A stretch of DNA of 43,022 nucleotides, taken from IMG/VR virus record IMGVR_UViG_3300006123_000021, positions 1 to 43,022 of that record; one strand, written 5' to 3'. The notes under the pieces were generated by a model. It did not search any database. It was not told the origin of the DNA and was given only the letters and a program-made list of their open reading frames with translations. Below are positions 18,245-29,630 of this stretch, piece after piece. How positions within the stretch are numbered: position 1 is the stretch's first letter; the number at the start of each line of letters is the position of its first letter. The stretch is from a virus. Taxonomy: Duplodnaviria; Caudoviricetes. A program made the position numbers and the translations under genes.

Positions 18245-19873
18245 ATGAGCAGTCTACTTACTGTAAAACAAAAAGTTCTTTTAGCGACAGCTTTAGAAAA
18301 TTCTTGGATTAACACCAGCAACACTTATCTTGGTATTGGCGCAGTTGTTCCTTGGGCTAATGGCTCTATTCCAAATGCAAATAACAGTACCGATTCTGAG
18401 AACTTTGTTTTCGACAATTTAGTTGCTCTTAAAAAATTAACTGCTTCCGACTTTAATCTTGTAATTCCTAGAGTTGATTGGGCTGCAAATAGTTATTATG
18501 TCGCTTACGATAATCAACTTGACATGTTCACATATGATGACTATGATGTTGGTAATGGTACAATTACAATCACTTCATCAAATAATACTATTGTTGGGAA
18601 CAATACAACTTTCTTCTTAGATTTTGGTGTTGGTCAATATATCGCATATGCTAACTCTGCAACTCAAAGTTACGAAACAAAAGAAATTGTTGCAATTACT
18701 TCTAACACACAAATGATGGTGAACTCTGGTCCATCATTCACTGCAACAGGATTACAGAATTTCAACTATTCCTCAACTTTTCCATATTTCTATAATCAGT
18801 TCTACGTTAGAAACTCATATGATCAAGTTTTTAAATGTTTAGACAGTAATGCTGGAAAAGAAATAAACAACGAGAATAACACTGGGTTGCCTTCAACAGT
18901 AATGCCAACGATTAGTCTTGGTGGCGATCTTCCAACCAATCCATATGTTCAAACTTCAGATGGTTACAAATGGAAATATATGTACACCATTCCTGGAGGA
19001 TTAAAGCAAAAATTCTTCACCACACAATGGATGCCAGTAGTCACTGATACTGCTGTATTAGATTCAGCTGTTCATGGTCGTATTGATATTTTAAGAATTG
19101 TAAATGGTGGAACAGGATATAATTCCAACGTTGCAACCAGTAACGCTGCAATTATTACAGTAACTGGCGATGGAACTGGTGCTAACATTGTGGCTCAAGT
19201 TGATTCAACTGGTGCGATCGTGGGCTATCAAATTCTAGATGGTGGTCAGGGTTACACTTACGCAAATGTAACTGTAAATCAATCTACTTCAACTGGAAAC
19301 ACAGCCATCCTTAGAGCGATTATTTCCCCAGAAGGTGGACATGGGTCCAACACCTCCTTGGAGCTTGGTGCAACCAATATTATGTTGTGTCCCGAGTTAA
19401 TCTTCGACGAAGGTGGAATAGTCCCAGTTGGCTCTGGATTGTCTCCAAACCCATTTCAATATTATCAAATTTCAATTATACAAAATCCAGAAACCAGTGC
19501 AAATACATCTAATGCTGCATCAGGTTCAATTTATAATGTAACAATTGGAATTTACACTGGTCCAGTTAAAGCTGGCTCTCTATTTCAAATGGGCGACACA
19601 GCTTACCAAGGTCTAGTTGGTGCTCCAACATTTACTGGAACAATCGTAAATTGGGATAACGTGAATAATATTCTCTACCTAAATAATATCAGAGGAACAT
19701 TTACTCCTTATTCTCAAATTCAGGGTAAGTTGGGTGGATCTGCAACGGCATTTAACGAAGTTCCTCCAGGTATTCAAAGTTATACTGGAGATATTCTTTA
19801 TGTGCAAAATAGATCTGCAGTTTCACGTTCAATTGATCAGACAGAGCAGATTAAGATAGTAATCGAATTATAA
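18245..19873 (+). CDS. gp8: Baseplate wedge subunit gp8
   Basis: KK......VIPR.DW, FYVRNS..QVFKCL.N, DGYKWKYMYTI, ISP.GGHG....ELG, GDILY..NR..V.R...Q.E.IKIVIEL. Confidence 0.92.
   Translation: MSSLLTVKQKVLLATALENSWINTSNTYLGIGAVVPWANGSIPNANNSTDSENFVFDNLVALKKLTASDFNLVIPRVDWAANSYYVAYDNQLDMFTYDDYDVGNGTITITSSNNTIVGNNTTFFLDFGVGQYIAYANSATQSYETKEIVAITSNTQMMVNSGPSFTATGLQNFNYSSTFPYFYNQFYVRNSYDQVFKCLDSNAGKEINNENNTGLPSTVMPTISLGGDLPTNPYVQTSDGYKWKYMYTIPGGLKQKFFTTQWMPVVTDTAVLDSAVHGRIDILRIVNGGTGYNSNVATSNAAIITVTGDGTGANIVAQVDSTGAIVGYQILDGGQGYTYANVTVNQSTSTGNTAILRAIISPEGGHGSNTSLELGATNIMLCPELIFDEGGIVPVGSGLSPNPFQYYQISIIQNPETSANTSNAASGSIYNVTIGIYTGPVKAGSLFQMGDTAYQGLVGAPTFTGTIVNWDNVNNILYLNNIRGTFTPYSQIQGKLGGSATAFNEVPPGIQSYTGDILYVQNRSAVSRSIDQTEQIKIVIEL
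19678..19685 (+). promoter_or_regulatory. Possible late promoter embedded in the gp8 3' region
   Basis: CCTAAATA (encoding YLNN) about 200 nt upstream of the next gene; relaxed consensus only. Confidence 0.35.
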
Positions 19874-19884
19874 GGTAACAAGAA

Positions 19885-22800
19885 ATGCTAGATTTTGACT
19901 TATCGCCATATTATGATGACTTTAATGCGACAAATGGTGCAAACCAAAATGGTTACATGCAAATTCTGTTTAAGCCAGGATATGCTGTCCAAGCTCGCGA
20001 ATTAACACAAATCCAGTCAATTCTACAAAACCAAATTGGTGAATTTGCTAATAATATTTTTGTAAACGGTTCTATCGTTTCTGGTTCTGAATTAACATAC
20101 GACAACAGCGTTACTTCTTTACAATTACAACCATATCAAGGTAATATTCCAATTACACTTGAAGACTTCAACGATAAATTGATTGTTAATTATAACTCTG
20201 GTCCACAAATCATCAGAGCAAAAGTTATTGCCGTCGATACAAGTCTTGCAAGCAACACTTCCGCTGGTGCACTTGCCGTTAAATATTTAACAGGTATTGA
20301 ATTTGCCGATGGCGATGAAATTCAAACTGTTGTTACTGGTGCTGAAAGTTCAGATATTGGTACACTTTTAACTGCCAATTCATCTAGTGCAGCTTCTATT
20401 GTAAGCATTAATGGTGGCGTTTTCTTTGTTGATGGATATTTCGTAACGCTAGATCCACAAACAATTATTTTAGATTCTTTAAGCAATCTTCCAACTTGCA
20501 TGGTTGGTTTGAATATTGAAGAAAATGTTGTTAATTATACATCAGACTCAGCGCTACTTGATCCTGCTCAAGGCTCATTTAACTATCAAGCTCCAGGTGC
20601 TGATCGTTATCAAATTAAATTAGTTCTAGCTCAAAGATCATTAGATTCTCCAGATACTTCTAAGTTCATCAGATTGATGACTATTGAAAATGGTGTTGTA
20701 ACAAGTCAGCTTGGAAATCAATACATCAACAATCCAGTTCTTGCTCAAAGAACATATGATCAATCAGGCAACTTTACTGTAAAACCATTTATTGTTACAG
20801 CTGCTGATAATACCGCTGATTCTAATAATGCAACTTTCCTATTAGACATTGCTCCAGGCAGAGCATACGTTAAAGGATACGAGTTTGATACAACTGGTAA
20901 AATTTCTATTGTTGTTGACAAAGCTAGATCTACAAATACATCTAACAGTTATTTCTTAACTTTAGATTATGGCAACTATGTGACAACAACAAATGTCCAT
21001 TCAGGTAATGCTGGATTCTTTAATTTGACACAATTCCCGAATGTTGATCTTCACATGATCACATCAGCTCAAATTAATACAGCAAACCAATGGGCATATT
21101 GTAACACCAGAATCGGTACAGCAAGAATCAGAGATATTGAATATGCTGGATCAAATTCTTTCTATGCATATTTAACAGATATCAAAACAAATCCGATTAC
21201 TGCTAATGCTGGAAACGTTTCTTCTAATACACGCTATTTGAGTCTTCCTGCATATTTCTCAACTGTTGCTAATGCTTATATTGGCACAACAATTAGCATT
21301 GTTGCAGGTAACTCATCAGGCGACGTTAGAAACGTAGTTACCCATGACACTTCAAATGGCGCTCTTTATGTTGACGTTCCATTTAGTCAATTACCAAGCC
21401 CAAATACTCAGTTTGTGTTAAATTACGGAACACAAAGTATTCAAACAATGGTGCAGACTCCAGCAACATATACTGCTGCTAATGTCTATGCAACTCAAAA
21501 TGCAATCAATGGTGGTGTTTATCCTGTGTTGGATATTTCACCATTGGGTCAAACTTCTGTTACTCCAGGATCAACTATTCCAGGAAATACGATTGTTTAT
21601 CAAAGCACTGGCTACAACAATTTGTTGTTCCAATTACCAAACAGCTATGTTTCTCAAAATTCAATTAGTAAAGTTTCTTTCTATTCAAGAAAGACCTTAC
21701 TTTCTCAAACATTCGCTTCTGGTAATTTAACAATTTCATCAGGTTCTGGTTTAAACACTAGTACTGAAGTTTTAACCTTTGGTGTCACAAACGGTTGGGT
21801 CAGCGACATTCTTGCAAACGAAGATGTGTTTGTTGTCGTTAAGAGCAATACAGGAAGTTCATTAGCGAACGGTACTGTTATCGTCTTCAATAAGAACGGC
21901 GGCGCATGTACTTCAGGAAATGGTATTTACCAAACCTCACCAACAAGCATGACAATTAATGTCGCAAGTGGCGGCACATTTACTGGTGATATTATTTTCA
22001 CAGTTCAAGAAGGTAATCCAACTGGTGCTGAAACTTATGCTCGTAGAACAAAAACATTAGTTCCAGCAAACGCATTCGTTCAGTTACAAACTTATGACAC
22101 TCCATCAACCGCAACAGCTGTTCTTGGTGTCACTGGTGTTAGCGTAAACACTTCAACTGGATACATCTGGTTCAACGGCAGCTCACCAATTACAAGTTTA
22201 ACTGCTGGTGTTCCGCAAAGCTTATATGTTCCAGATATTGTAAATGTTGTTAAAGTTTATGATTCTGGAAACTTATCATATGCTCCAAATACAGTAAATG
22301 CAATTGATTTGACATCAAGCTTTACATTCTCTACTGGACAAACAGATAACTATTATGACCACGGTTCAATAACATTGAAACCTGGATATCCAGCACCAAA
22401 AGGTCAAGTTCTTGTTGTAACTCAATTCTTTAATCACGATACAACAGCTGGATTCTTCAACGCCGATTCATACTCATCATCAATATATGCATCTGGCTCA
22501 ATTCCAGTATATAACTCTACTAAATTAGGACAAATTAATTTAAGAGATACTATCGACTTTAGACCAACAAGAACTATTGGTACATTGTCAAGTGTAGCAT
22601 CATTTACGCTTTCTCCGTTTATTACTCCTGATCCTGAATATCCAATGGAGTTGAATTATTCTTACTATCTTCCAAGAATAGATAAATTGGCGCTATCATC
22701 AACACAAACATTTAAGTTGATTTCTGGAACACCATCATTGACTCCAGTTGCTCCACCTGATTCTGAAAATTCAATGACATTGTACACTATTAATGTACCA

Positions 22801-23610
22801 GCTTACACATATTATAGTTCTAATGTTGGATTGACATATGTCAACAACCAAAGATATACAATGGCTGACATTGGCAGTTTAGATAGAAGAATAACTGCTA
22901 TTGAACAATATGTTGTTCTAAGCCAATTACAACAAAGTGTTCTTCAACAATCTGTAGCATATCAAAACGGTTCTACTGTTAAGAACGTTTATGGCGCTGT
23001 AACTGATTCGTTTGATGATAACAGTATTCTTGATGTGAATAATCCAGATAATTCTGTAACTTTCATTTCAGGAAATTGTTATCCAAAAATTTCGACAACT
23101 CCAGTTAAATTTGATTTTACAGGAAAAACTAATACTGGCGCATTCTTCCAAAACACTAATGATAAAACAACATCATTAACATTTACAGAAGCTCCAATTA
23201 TTACTCAAAATACTGCGACAACTTCTATAGAAGTTCAACCATACGCATTCGGTGAGTTCTTGGGTCATATTGCATTGTCTCCACAAATAGATTACTTCTA
23301 TAGTCAGACATTGATTCCTGCAAATTATGATCAACCAAATAATCCACCACCAGCCACCAGCAACACTAAACCTATTACTGGAACTGGAGTGATTCCTGGA
23401 AATCCTACAAGCAGAACAATTACCACAACATCAGTTGGCGGTCAATTGAGAGAAGTTCAACTTGGATCAGAATTTAATATGTTCAATTCATTTGGTGGAA
23501 ATCTTGGCGGAGATACTGTTGTTTACAATCCTCCACCAGGTGCCACATCAATTGAATCAGCAACAGCTCCTATTAATGATGAGGGTGTATATAACACTTT
23601 AGAACAGTAA
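19885..23610 (+). CDS. Large virion structural protein, VrlC/DUF4815-like, N-terminal part
   Basis: SPYYDDF...ILFKPGYAVQARELTQIQSILQNQI, D..L.DPAQGS.NY.APGADRY.I, A.RTYD.SGNFTV.PF, PG.AYVKGYE, LRD.IDFRP, YYLPRIDK, N.RYTM.DIG.L..RI..IE.Y. Confidence 0.85.
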   Translation: MLDFDLSPYYDDFNATNGANQNGYMQILFKPGYAVQARELTQIQSILQNQIGEFANNIFVNGSIVSGSELTYDNSVTSLQLQPYQGNIPITLEDFNDKLIVNYNSGPQIIRAKVIAVDTSLASNTSAGALAVKYLTGIEFADGDEIQTVVTGAESSDIGTLLTANSSSAASIVSINGGVFFVDGYFVTLDPQTIILDSLSNLPTCMVGLNIEENVVNYTSDSALLDPAQGSFNYQAPGADRYQIKLVLAQRSLDSPDTSKFIRLMTIENGVVTSQLGNQYINNPVLAQRTYDQSGNFTVKPFIVTAADNTADSNNATFLLDIAPGRAYVKGYEFDTTGKISIVVDKARSTNTSNSYFLTLDYGNYVTTTNVHSGNAGFFNLTQFPNVDLHMITSAQINTANQWAYCNTRIGTARIRDIEYAGSNSFYAYLTDIKTNPITANAGNVSSNTRYLSLPAYFSTVANAYIGTTISIVAGNSSGDVRNVVTHDTSNGALYVDVPFSQLPSPNTQFVLNYGTQSIQTMVQTPATYTAANVYATQNAINGGVYPVLDISPLGQTSVTPGSTIPGNTIVYQSTGYNNLLFQLPNSYVSQNSISKVSFYSRKTLLSQTFASGNLTISSGSGLNTSTEVLTFGVTNGWVSDILANEDVFVVVKSNTGSSLANGTVIVFNKNGGACTSGNGIYQTSPTSMTINVASGGTFTGDIIFTVQEGNPTGAETYARRTKTLVPANAFVQLQTYDTPSTATAVLGVTGVSVNTSTGYIWFNGSSPITSLTAGVPQSLYVPDIVNVVKVYDSGNLSYAPNTVNAIDLTSSFTFSTGQTDNYYDHGSITLKPGYPAPKGQVLVVTQFFNHDTTAGFFNADSYSSSIYASGSIPVYNSTKLGQINLRDTIDFRPTRTIGTLSSVASFTLSPFITPDPEYPMELNYSYYLPRIDKLALSSTQTFKLISGTPSLTPVAPPDSENSMTLYTINVPAYTYYSSNVGLTYVNNQRYTMADIGSLDRRITAIEQYVVLSQLQQSVLQQSVAYQNGSTVKNVYGAVTDSFDDNSILDVNNPDNSVTFISGNCYPKISTTPVKFDFTGKTNTGAFFQNTNDKTTSLTFTEAPIITQNTATTSIEVQPYAFGEFLGHIALSPQIDYFYSQTLIPANYDQPNNPPPATSNTKPITGTGVIPGNPTSRTITTTSVGGQLREVQLGSEFNMFNSFGGNLGGDTVVYNPPPGATSIESATAPINDEGVYNTLEQ

Positions 23611-23624
23611 AACGGAAAAATAGA

Positions 23625-26597
23625 ATGTCAACAATATTATTAAGCAGTACATTAAATGGATTTAGAGAAGGATCACCTGGCGGCGGTCAAAATTCTCCAC
23701 CTCCAGTCACAGCAAGTCAAGTTGTGCAGACTAATACGCCAATACCTTATATGAGATCCAATCAAGTTGAGTTTTTTGCTCAAAACTTAAGACCATATAA
23801 AGGTGCATACTTTTTCTTTGACAGCACTAACGTTAATCGTTTTGTTCAAAATGCATCTACTTTGATTGTAGACACTGGAAACAACGCTACAATCCATGAT
23901 GTAAATGACATGATCTACTGTCCATCAACATATGGGTTTGCTACAGTTCTTGGAACATCTCCACCAAATCTATCGATTGCAAACAATGGTGGTCAAATTT
24001 ATTTAAATGAAAATTATGTTTCTATCTCATTGGGCGCTCTTTCTGGTAACACCATAACATCAACAACATTTAATTCTGGTGATGTGATTTACCAATACCC
24101 AACAGCTCAGACTTCTTCTATCACCAGTATGCGCACCAGTGGTGCAATAATCAGTTCAAATATTTTTACTGGTACAGTAGAATACTTCGACTATGCAAAT
24201 AATGTTCTTGTTTTAACACCAATTTATGGAACACTGAACGCAAACTCTTCAGGATTCTCAACAAATAGTAATACATGGTTGTATAATGCAAATACAACAA
24301 CAGTTGTTGGAACAACTGGAGTTCTACCATCAGGAACTGGTGGTTCTAAATTCCTAAGCAATACTATTTTTGTAAACTTAACAAAATCAGTAACATCTTT
24401 ATCAAATTCTGTAAGCGGTTATAATCACGTTTCTGGAATTGTATCTACAGTTGCTAATGCAAATACTGTAATCGTCCAAGGTAATCCAGGATACGCAAAC
24501 CAAAATACAATCTTTATCACATCAGGAACTGGATACGGTCAAAGTGCCAACGTTCTTTCTGTTATCGCTCAAAGCGGAAACACAGTATTGAATTTAGACG
24601 CTAATCTAAGCCCAACTCTTGACGGCACATCAACATATTCAACAGGATATCCATTACCATTTACTGATGATAATGGCGTTCTTTGCGGAATTTATCAATT
24701 ACCTGAAAACCCTGGAGTCTCATTCCTATCAGGAACCAGAGTATTCACAATTACTGACACTACAACTGTCAACGATCCTAATGCAACAATGTTGGCTCAA
24801 GCTAACTATACGTCTTTTGGATACAACCAAACAATTAATGTTAATGGAACTCCAACAAGTCCAGGTGGTGGTTCTCCATCAAGAATTAATACATTAGTTG
24901 TTGACACTTCATCTGCTCCTCTTGCGAATGGACTCTATAACTATTCAAACGCTCCAGCATCAAGCCCAACTATTGCGCCAATTGCTCAAGTGTTTACAAC
25001 TCCTCCTCCTAAGAGCACAACACAAAATTATGGTATTTTTGCAACATCTGTTGATTTGTGGTTTACTGCAAAACCAGTTGGATTATCAAACCAATTCCCA
25101 GTAACAGTACAAATTTGCACAGTTTCTAACGGCGTACCAACATCAAATGTAATTGCAACTTCTGTTGTTCAAAGTCAAAATGTTGCTATTTCCACTGTTC
25201 CTGATGCAAATACATCAAATGCAAACAATACAACTGTAACTAAGTTTGCTTTCCCAGATCCTGTATATTTGAACCCATCAACACAATATGCTATTGTTGT
25301 GTCAACTCCATCTCCAGATTATGAACTTTATGTTTCTCAAATTGGTGGAACTGACTTGACAAGCGGAAATAATGCTGCTAGAGTTTCATCAACAGGTTTT
25401 GTTGGTGGATTCTTCAATAGCCAAAACTCATCAGCATTTAATCCTGTACCTAATCAGAATTTAATGTTTGTGTTGAATAAGGCGCAATTTAGTCAAGCTC
25501 CTGTAACATTAGATTATACCATCCAACCAACATCTTATCCTGTATATGTTGATGGTATTCAGATACAGTCTATTGATTTCACTTTACCATCAACATACAT
25601 CACATATGCTATTGAATCTACATTGTACAATAGCACATCTAACACATACTATTTGGATCCAACATACACTGAAGTGACTCCAGGAATTCCATTTAATTTT
25701 GCCAAATCATATTATCTAAGTGCTGGAACTGGCAAGAGAAGATATATTCTTCCTGGAAACAACGCATCTTTACAAATGCAAGTTGACATTCAGTCATATG
25801 ATCCAGATATTTCCCCAATGTATAATGAGGATTCATTGAACGCAGTTGTCAGAACTAATATTGTCGACAATGCCTCAATTTATCCAAATATCATCTCAAT
25901 TAGCAACGATTCAGGCGGGCACAGCAATAATGCAAATATAAGCGTCACATTTAGTGCGCCAAATCTAACCTCAGGTGTCCAAGCTACTGGATACGTTGCT
26001 AACTCTAACATTCTTGCTGTTGCTCCAAACGGAAGTACAAATGTAATTACTGGAATCACCATGACCAATTATGGTTCTGGTTATATTACAACACCAACAG
26101 CAACAATCACTGACACAACTCCAGGAAGCTGTAACTCAATTACTGTGAGTATTGCTGGTGAAGATCAATCATCTGGTGGTAATGCATACTCTAAGTACAT
26201 CACCAAGCAGATTGTTCTAGCTGATGGATTTGATGCTGGCGATCTTCGCGTTTGGGTAACTGGTGTTATTCCGAATGGTGCAAACGTTGTTGCATACTAT
26301 AAAGTTTTATCTTCATCTGATACAACTCCATTTAGCAATACAAAATGGCAATTAATGTCTGCTGTAAACCAACCTGTTTCTCCAGACTTGTCAACACCAG
26401 TTCAAATCATGTACGCTCCAAGCCCTCTTGTGAACGGACAACCAAGCGGTAAATTATCATACACACAAAATGGTGTATTGTATCCTCTTGGTGGAACATT
26501 TAAATACTTCGCTATTAAGTTGGTTCTATTGGCTTCTGACCCAACCACTGTTCCTGTGTTGTCTGGATTAAAGGTGGCTGCATACCCAGCTGGATAA
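23625..26597 (+). CDS. Large virion structural protein, VrlC/DUF4815-like, C-terminal part
   Basis: PYMRS..V.F....LRP.....FFD..NV, F..G.RVF.ITD, P.AQ.F....GIF.TSVDL.F..KP, T.F.FP.PVYL....YAIVV, G.FF.SQN, SKYITK...L, F..FAIK.VL. Confidence 0.82.
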   Translation: MSTILLSSTLNGFREGSPGGGQNSPPPVTASQVVQTNTPIPYMRSNQVEFFAQNLRPYKGAYFFFDSTNVNRFVQNASTLIVDTGNNATIHDVNDMIYCPSTYGFATVLGTSPPNLSIANNGGQIYLNENYVSISLGALSGNTITSTTFNSGDVIYQYPTAQTSSITSMRTSGAIISSNIFTGTVEYFDYANNVLVLTPIYGTLNANSSGFSTNSNTWLYNANTTTVVGTTGVLPSGTGGSKFLSNTIFVNLTKSVTSLSNSVSGYNHVSGIVSTVANANTVIVQGNPGYANQNTIFITSGTGYGQSANVLSVIAQSGNTVLNLDANLSPTLDGTSTYSTGYPLPFTDDNGVLCGIYQLPENPGVSFLSGTRVFTITDTTTVNDPNATMLAQANYTSFGYNQTINVNGTPTSPGGGSPSRINTLVVDTSSAPLANGLYNYSNAPASSPTIAPIAQVFTTPPPKSTTQNYGIFATSVDLWFTAKPVGLSNQFPVTVQICTVSNGVPTSNVIATSVVQSQNVAISTVPDANTSNANNTTVTKFAFPDPVYLNPSTQYAIVVSTPSPDYELYVSQIGGTDLTSGNNAARVSSTGFVGGFFNSQNSSAFNPVPNQNLMFVLNKAQFSQAPVTLDYTIQPTSYPVYVDGIQIQSIDFTLPSTYITYAIESTLYNSTSNTYYLDPTYTEVTPGIPFNFAKSYYLSAGTGKRRYILPGNNASLQMQVDIQSYDPDISPMYNEDSLNAVVRTNIVDNASIYPNIISISNDSGGHSNNANISVTFSAPNLTSGVQATGYVANSNILAVAPNGSTNVITGITMTNYGSGYITTPTATITDTTPGSCNSITVSIAGEDQSSGGNAYSKYITKQIVLADGFDAGDLRVWVTGVIPNGANVVAYYKVLSSSDTTPFSNTKWQLMSAVNQPVSPDLSTPVQIMYAPSPLVNGQPSGKLSYTQNGVLYPLGGTFKYFAIKLVLLASDPTTVPVLSGLKVAAYPAG

Positions 26598-26599
26598 TT

Positions 26600-26821
26600 A
26601 TGAATAGTAATTATGTGAAAGTAAAAGATCATGAGTATTTGGTAAAAGACACCAAAACAGGGGCTATTTTGAACACAGATCTTAATATTGTAAGACAGCA
26701 TGAATTGAGAATGAAACAAATTGAAAAAGAGAAGGCTCGTGACGAAGAAATAAATAAGATAAAATCAGACGTGTCTGAAATTAAACAATTACTGCAGGCA
26801 TTAGTAAATAAAAGAGATTGA
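26600..26821 (+). CDS. Small conserved coiled-coil protein typically following the VrlC-like gene
   Basis: YVKV.DH..LVKD..TGAILNTD ... EI..IK.D.SEIK.LL..L; recalled pattern and gene position in T4-like phages. Confidence 0.75.
   Translation: MNSNYVKVKDHEYLVKDTKTGAILNTDLNIVRQHELRMKQIEKEKARDEEINKIKSDVSEIKQLLQALVNKRD
26749..26756 (+). promoter_or_regulatory. Late-promoter-like motif inside the 73-aa ORF, upstream of the collagen fibre gene
   Basis: AATAAATA (encoding EINK); a second GTAAATA lies at 26804-26810. Confidence 0.45.
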
Positions 26822-26828
26822 GGATTAA

Positions 26829-29630
26829 ATGGCTAACGCAAATATAACCTATATTCAACAAGCAAACACATTCGACGAATGGCGTATTGCGACCAACAAT
26901 CTCGCTAATGGCGCAAACCAACTAAGAAACTCTTTGTATTATAAAGATGCAGGTGGCATGACTTTTGGTCCATCTGCTGGACCTCTTTATCTTGCTTGCA
27001 CCAGCGGCACAATTCTTATCGTTGGTGCTGATGCTTCTGTAGCCAACGCTCTAACAGCTGGTTATATTCATGACACTGGCGATATTCTTGTTGACGGTCA
27101 AAATGCAATTTATGATAACGCCAATGTGTTGGTTCAAGTTGCTAACACTGCTCAAACAAAAAATCTCATTTCTAATGTTCAAATTTGGGGTCAAAACGTC
27201 AACGCTAATGGTTATGTTGTATTCACTGGTGCAAATACCGTTGGAACATCTCTAGACACACTTCTTGGCGCTAATGTAATTTTTAATGTTGCTGGTAATA
27301 TTACTGCAGCCAACACTGGTACAATGAATATTGCCAACACAGTATATTTCACAAAGCCAACAGGAAATGGTATTAATGTAGCATCAAACACCTACACTGG
27401 TAATTTGATGGTTGGTATTTCAAGCGGCATTGCTGCAAACGCTAATGTATTTGGTTCTATCAATGCGATGTCAACATTAGAAGTCAGCGCAAATGCCAAC
27501 CTATACTCAGGATTAACAGTTTCTCAAAACGCAACTATTGCCAAAACTCTTAATGTATTCCAAACAGCTAATATCACTGGAACATTAGATGTTGTAGCAA
27601 ATGCTAATATAAAATCAAATTTGGTTGTTAGTTGGAATACAACAACAGGCAATGCTGTCGTTTCAGGTTTAGCTAATATCGCAACAGGTAATATTGTAAC
27701 TGCTAACATTGCAACTTTAAACGTAAATGCTACTGGCGCAATCGCTAATATCGCAAACGCCACAATTGCAAATAGCGTAACAACCAATGCTCAAATTTCT
27801 GTTGCTAATGTGTATACACAATTAAACGTATACTCAGAAAATGTGATTACATCAAACATTGCAACATTGAACGTTAATGCTACTGGCGCTAAAGCAAATA
27901 TCGCTTCTGCAACAATAGCAACATTAAACGTAACAAATGAAACAGTTACAACTCTTAATGTCACAAACGCAACTGTTGGTACATTAAATGTAACAAGCGA
28001 ATCAGTGACAACTTTAAATGCAACAAGCGCAACTATTAGCACATTTAACTCTGCAAATAGTAACACCACTAATGGTAATATCGTAGCGTTTTCAGCAAGC
28101 ACTGGTAACGTTGCAACACTTAATGTTGCGAATGGTAATATCGCATACACATTAATTTTTAATAATGGTCCAGCTGGTGGCCCATATCAAGTTGCTAATG
28201 CTAATGCAACTTTCTATAATTTAACTGTTGCAAACAGCACCACATTCTCTGGTCCATTAATTTATACAACAAGTTCTCTACAACTTAGAAATGGTTCTAT
28301 TTCCGATGGTAGTGGATATTATGCTATTCACAGAGGTCCAACTATTGCTGCCAATGCAGCATTACAATTCTCATGCACTGCTAATGTTTGGCAAGCAACA
28401 TCTAATGATGCAAACTCCTTATTATCATACACTATTATAACAACACAAAATCTTTCAAGCTCAACTACTACAGTTGACGCATATAATGTTGCAACTTTAA
28501 GTGCTGTTAATTATGTTGGCGCTAATGCTTTAGCAGCATATGCTCAAGCAAATACTGCTTACACAACAGCTACAAATGCTTATGGACAAGCCAATACAGC
28601 TTACACCACAGGAATAAATGCATATGCTGCAGCAAACACAGCTGCAAATACAGTAAGAGTTTCACAAAATAGCTTATCAACAATTAATGCTGCCGCTGGT
28701 ATTAACTTTGTAAATAGCACATATGTTCTTGCAACAGTTTCTCCAGGAATTAATGGCAACGCGAACGTTTCGTTTGCGATTACTAATGCCGCTCAAGGTC
28801 CAACAGGAACACAAGGTTCAACTGGTCCAGCAGGATCTCCAGGTCCAACTGGACCAACAGGTTCTCAAGGTCCAACAGGTACAACAGGTTCCCAAGGTCC
28901 ATCTGGAACAAACGGTTCACCTGGATCTCCTGGATCAAATGGGTCTCAAGGTCCAACAGGACCAACTGGTCCGACTGGTCCAACAGGGTCAACTGGACCA
29001 ACTGGTTCTCAAGGCTATACTGGACCAACTGGTCCAACAGGACCAACTGGGCCAACAGGTTCTCAAGGTTATACTGGACCAACTGGACCAACTGGTCCAA
29101 CAGGTTCAACAGGTTCCCAAGGTTACACTGGACCAACAGGATCACCAGGAGGAACTGGACCAACAGGACCAACAGGATCTCCTGGACCAACTGGTCCAAC
29201 TGGAGCACAAGGTCCATCAGGCGCATCATTAGCAATTCCTAGCGGTCAAATCGTTTATGGTACTGGTAGTGGCGTAACTTCTAGCGGATCTGTTTATGTC
29301 AGCGGAACTTCTATCTATGCGTCAGACTTCTACGCGACTTCTGATCAGAAACTCAAAAATGTTACTGCTTCAGTCACAAACGCACTTAATATTGTAAATT
29401 CAATTGATGGCGTCAAGTATTATTGGAACGATTTAGCAAAACAACATGGAATTGTTGATCAAGATTTACAAATTGGTGTAATCGCTCAACAAATCAAACA
29501 ATTTGTTCCTGAAGCTGTTACAGAAGATAAAGGAATAATGAGAGTTGACTACGGTAAACTTGTTCCAGTATTAATTGAAGCTGTTAAGGAATTAAGCGCA
29601 AAAGTTGATTCACTTAAAAAAGGTAAATAA
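26829..29630 (+). CDS. Fibre protein with beta-repeat shaft, collagen-like domain and C-terminal peptidase S74 intramolecular chaperone
   Basis: N-terminal NTFDEWR..TN attachment-type motif; 10-aa TLNV repeats; 48 Gly-X-Y triplets; C-terminal TSDQKLKNV...I.GVKYYWN...IGVIAQ.I....PEAV......[20 protein letters not shown] = S74 auto-cleaving chaperone. Confidence 0.88.
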   Translation: MANANITYIQQANTFDEWRIATNNLANGANQLRNSLYYKDAGGMTFGPSAGPLYLACTSGTILIVGADASVANALTAGYIHDTGDILVDGQNAIYDNANVLVQVANTAQTKNLISNVQIWGQNVNANGYVVFTGANTVGTSLDTLLGANVIFNVAGNITAANTGTMNIANTVYFTKPTGNGINVASNTYTGNLMVGISSGIAANANVFGSINAMSTLEVSANANLYSGLTVSQNATIAKTLNVFQTANITGTLDVVANANIKSNLVVSWNTTTGNAVVSGLANIATGNIVTANIATLNVNATGAIANIANATIANSVTTNAQISVANVYTQLNVYSENVITSNIATLNVNATGAKANIASATIATLNVTNETVTTLNVTNATVGTLNVTSESVTTLNATSATISTFNSANSNTTNGNIVAFSASTGNVATLNVANGNIAYTLIFNNGPAGGPYQVANANATFYNLTVANSTTFSGPLIYTTSSLQLRNGSISDGSGYYAIHRGPTIAANAALQFSCTANVWQATSNDANSLLSYTIITTQNLSSSTTTVDAYNVATLSAVNYVGANALAAYAQANTAYTTATNAYGQANTAYTTGINAYAAANTAANTVRVSQNSLSTINAAAGINFVNSTYVLATVSPGINGNANVSFAITNAAQGPTGTQGSTGPAGSPGPTGPTGSQGPTGTTGSQGPSGTNGSPGSPGSNGSQGPTGPTGPTGPTGSTGPTGSQGYTGPTGPTGPTGPTGSQGYTGPTGPTGPTGSTGSQGYTGPTGSPGGTGPTGPTGSPGPTGPTGAQGPSGASLAIPSGQIVYGTGSGVTSSGSVYVSGTSIYASDFYATSDQKLKNVTASVTNALNIVNSIDGVKYYWNDLAKQHGIVDQDLQIGVIAQQIKQFVPEAVTEDKGIMRVDYGKLVPVLIEAVKELSAKVDSLKKGK
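28797..29228 (+). repeat. Collagen-like 9-bp repeat, 48 uninterrupted Gly-X-Y triplets
   Basis: Counted from the translation: 21 GPT, 5 GSP, and several GSQ/GYT/GST. Confidence 0.95.

Noticed and set aside
23590-23625. Frameshift or readthrough joining the two VrlC-like ORFs
   Set aside because: The downstream frame has a stop at 23592-23594, no clear slippery heptamer, and the second ORF has its own GGA and ATG.
28723-29235. Alternative-frame and antisense ORFs (169 aa +, 150 aa -) over the GPT collagen
   Set aside because: Stop-free shadows of the 9-bp repeat with low-complexity Q/L/V/D translation; no independent coding evidence.
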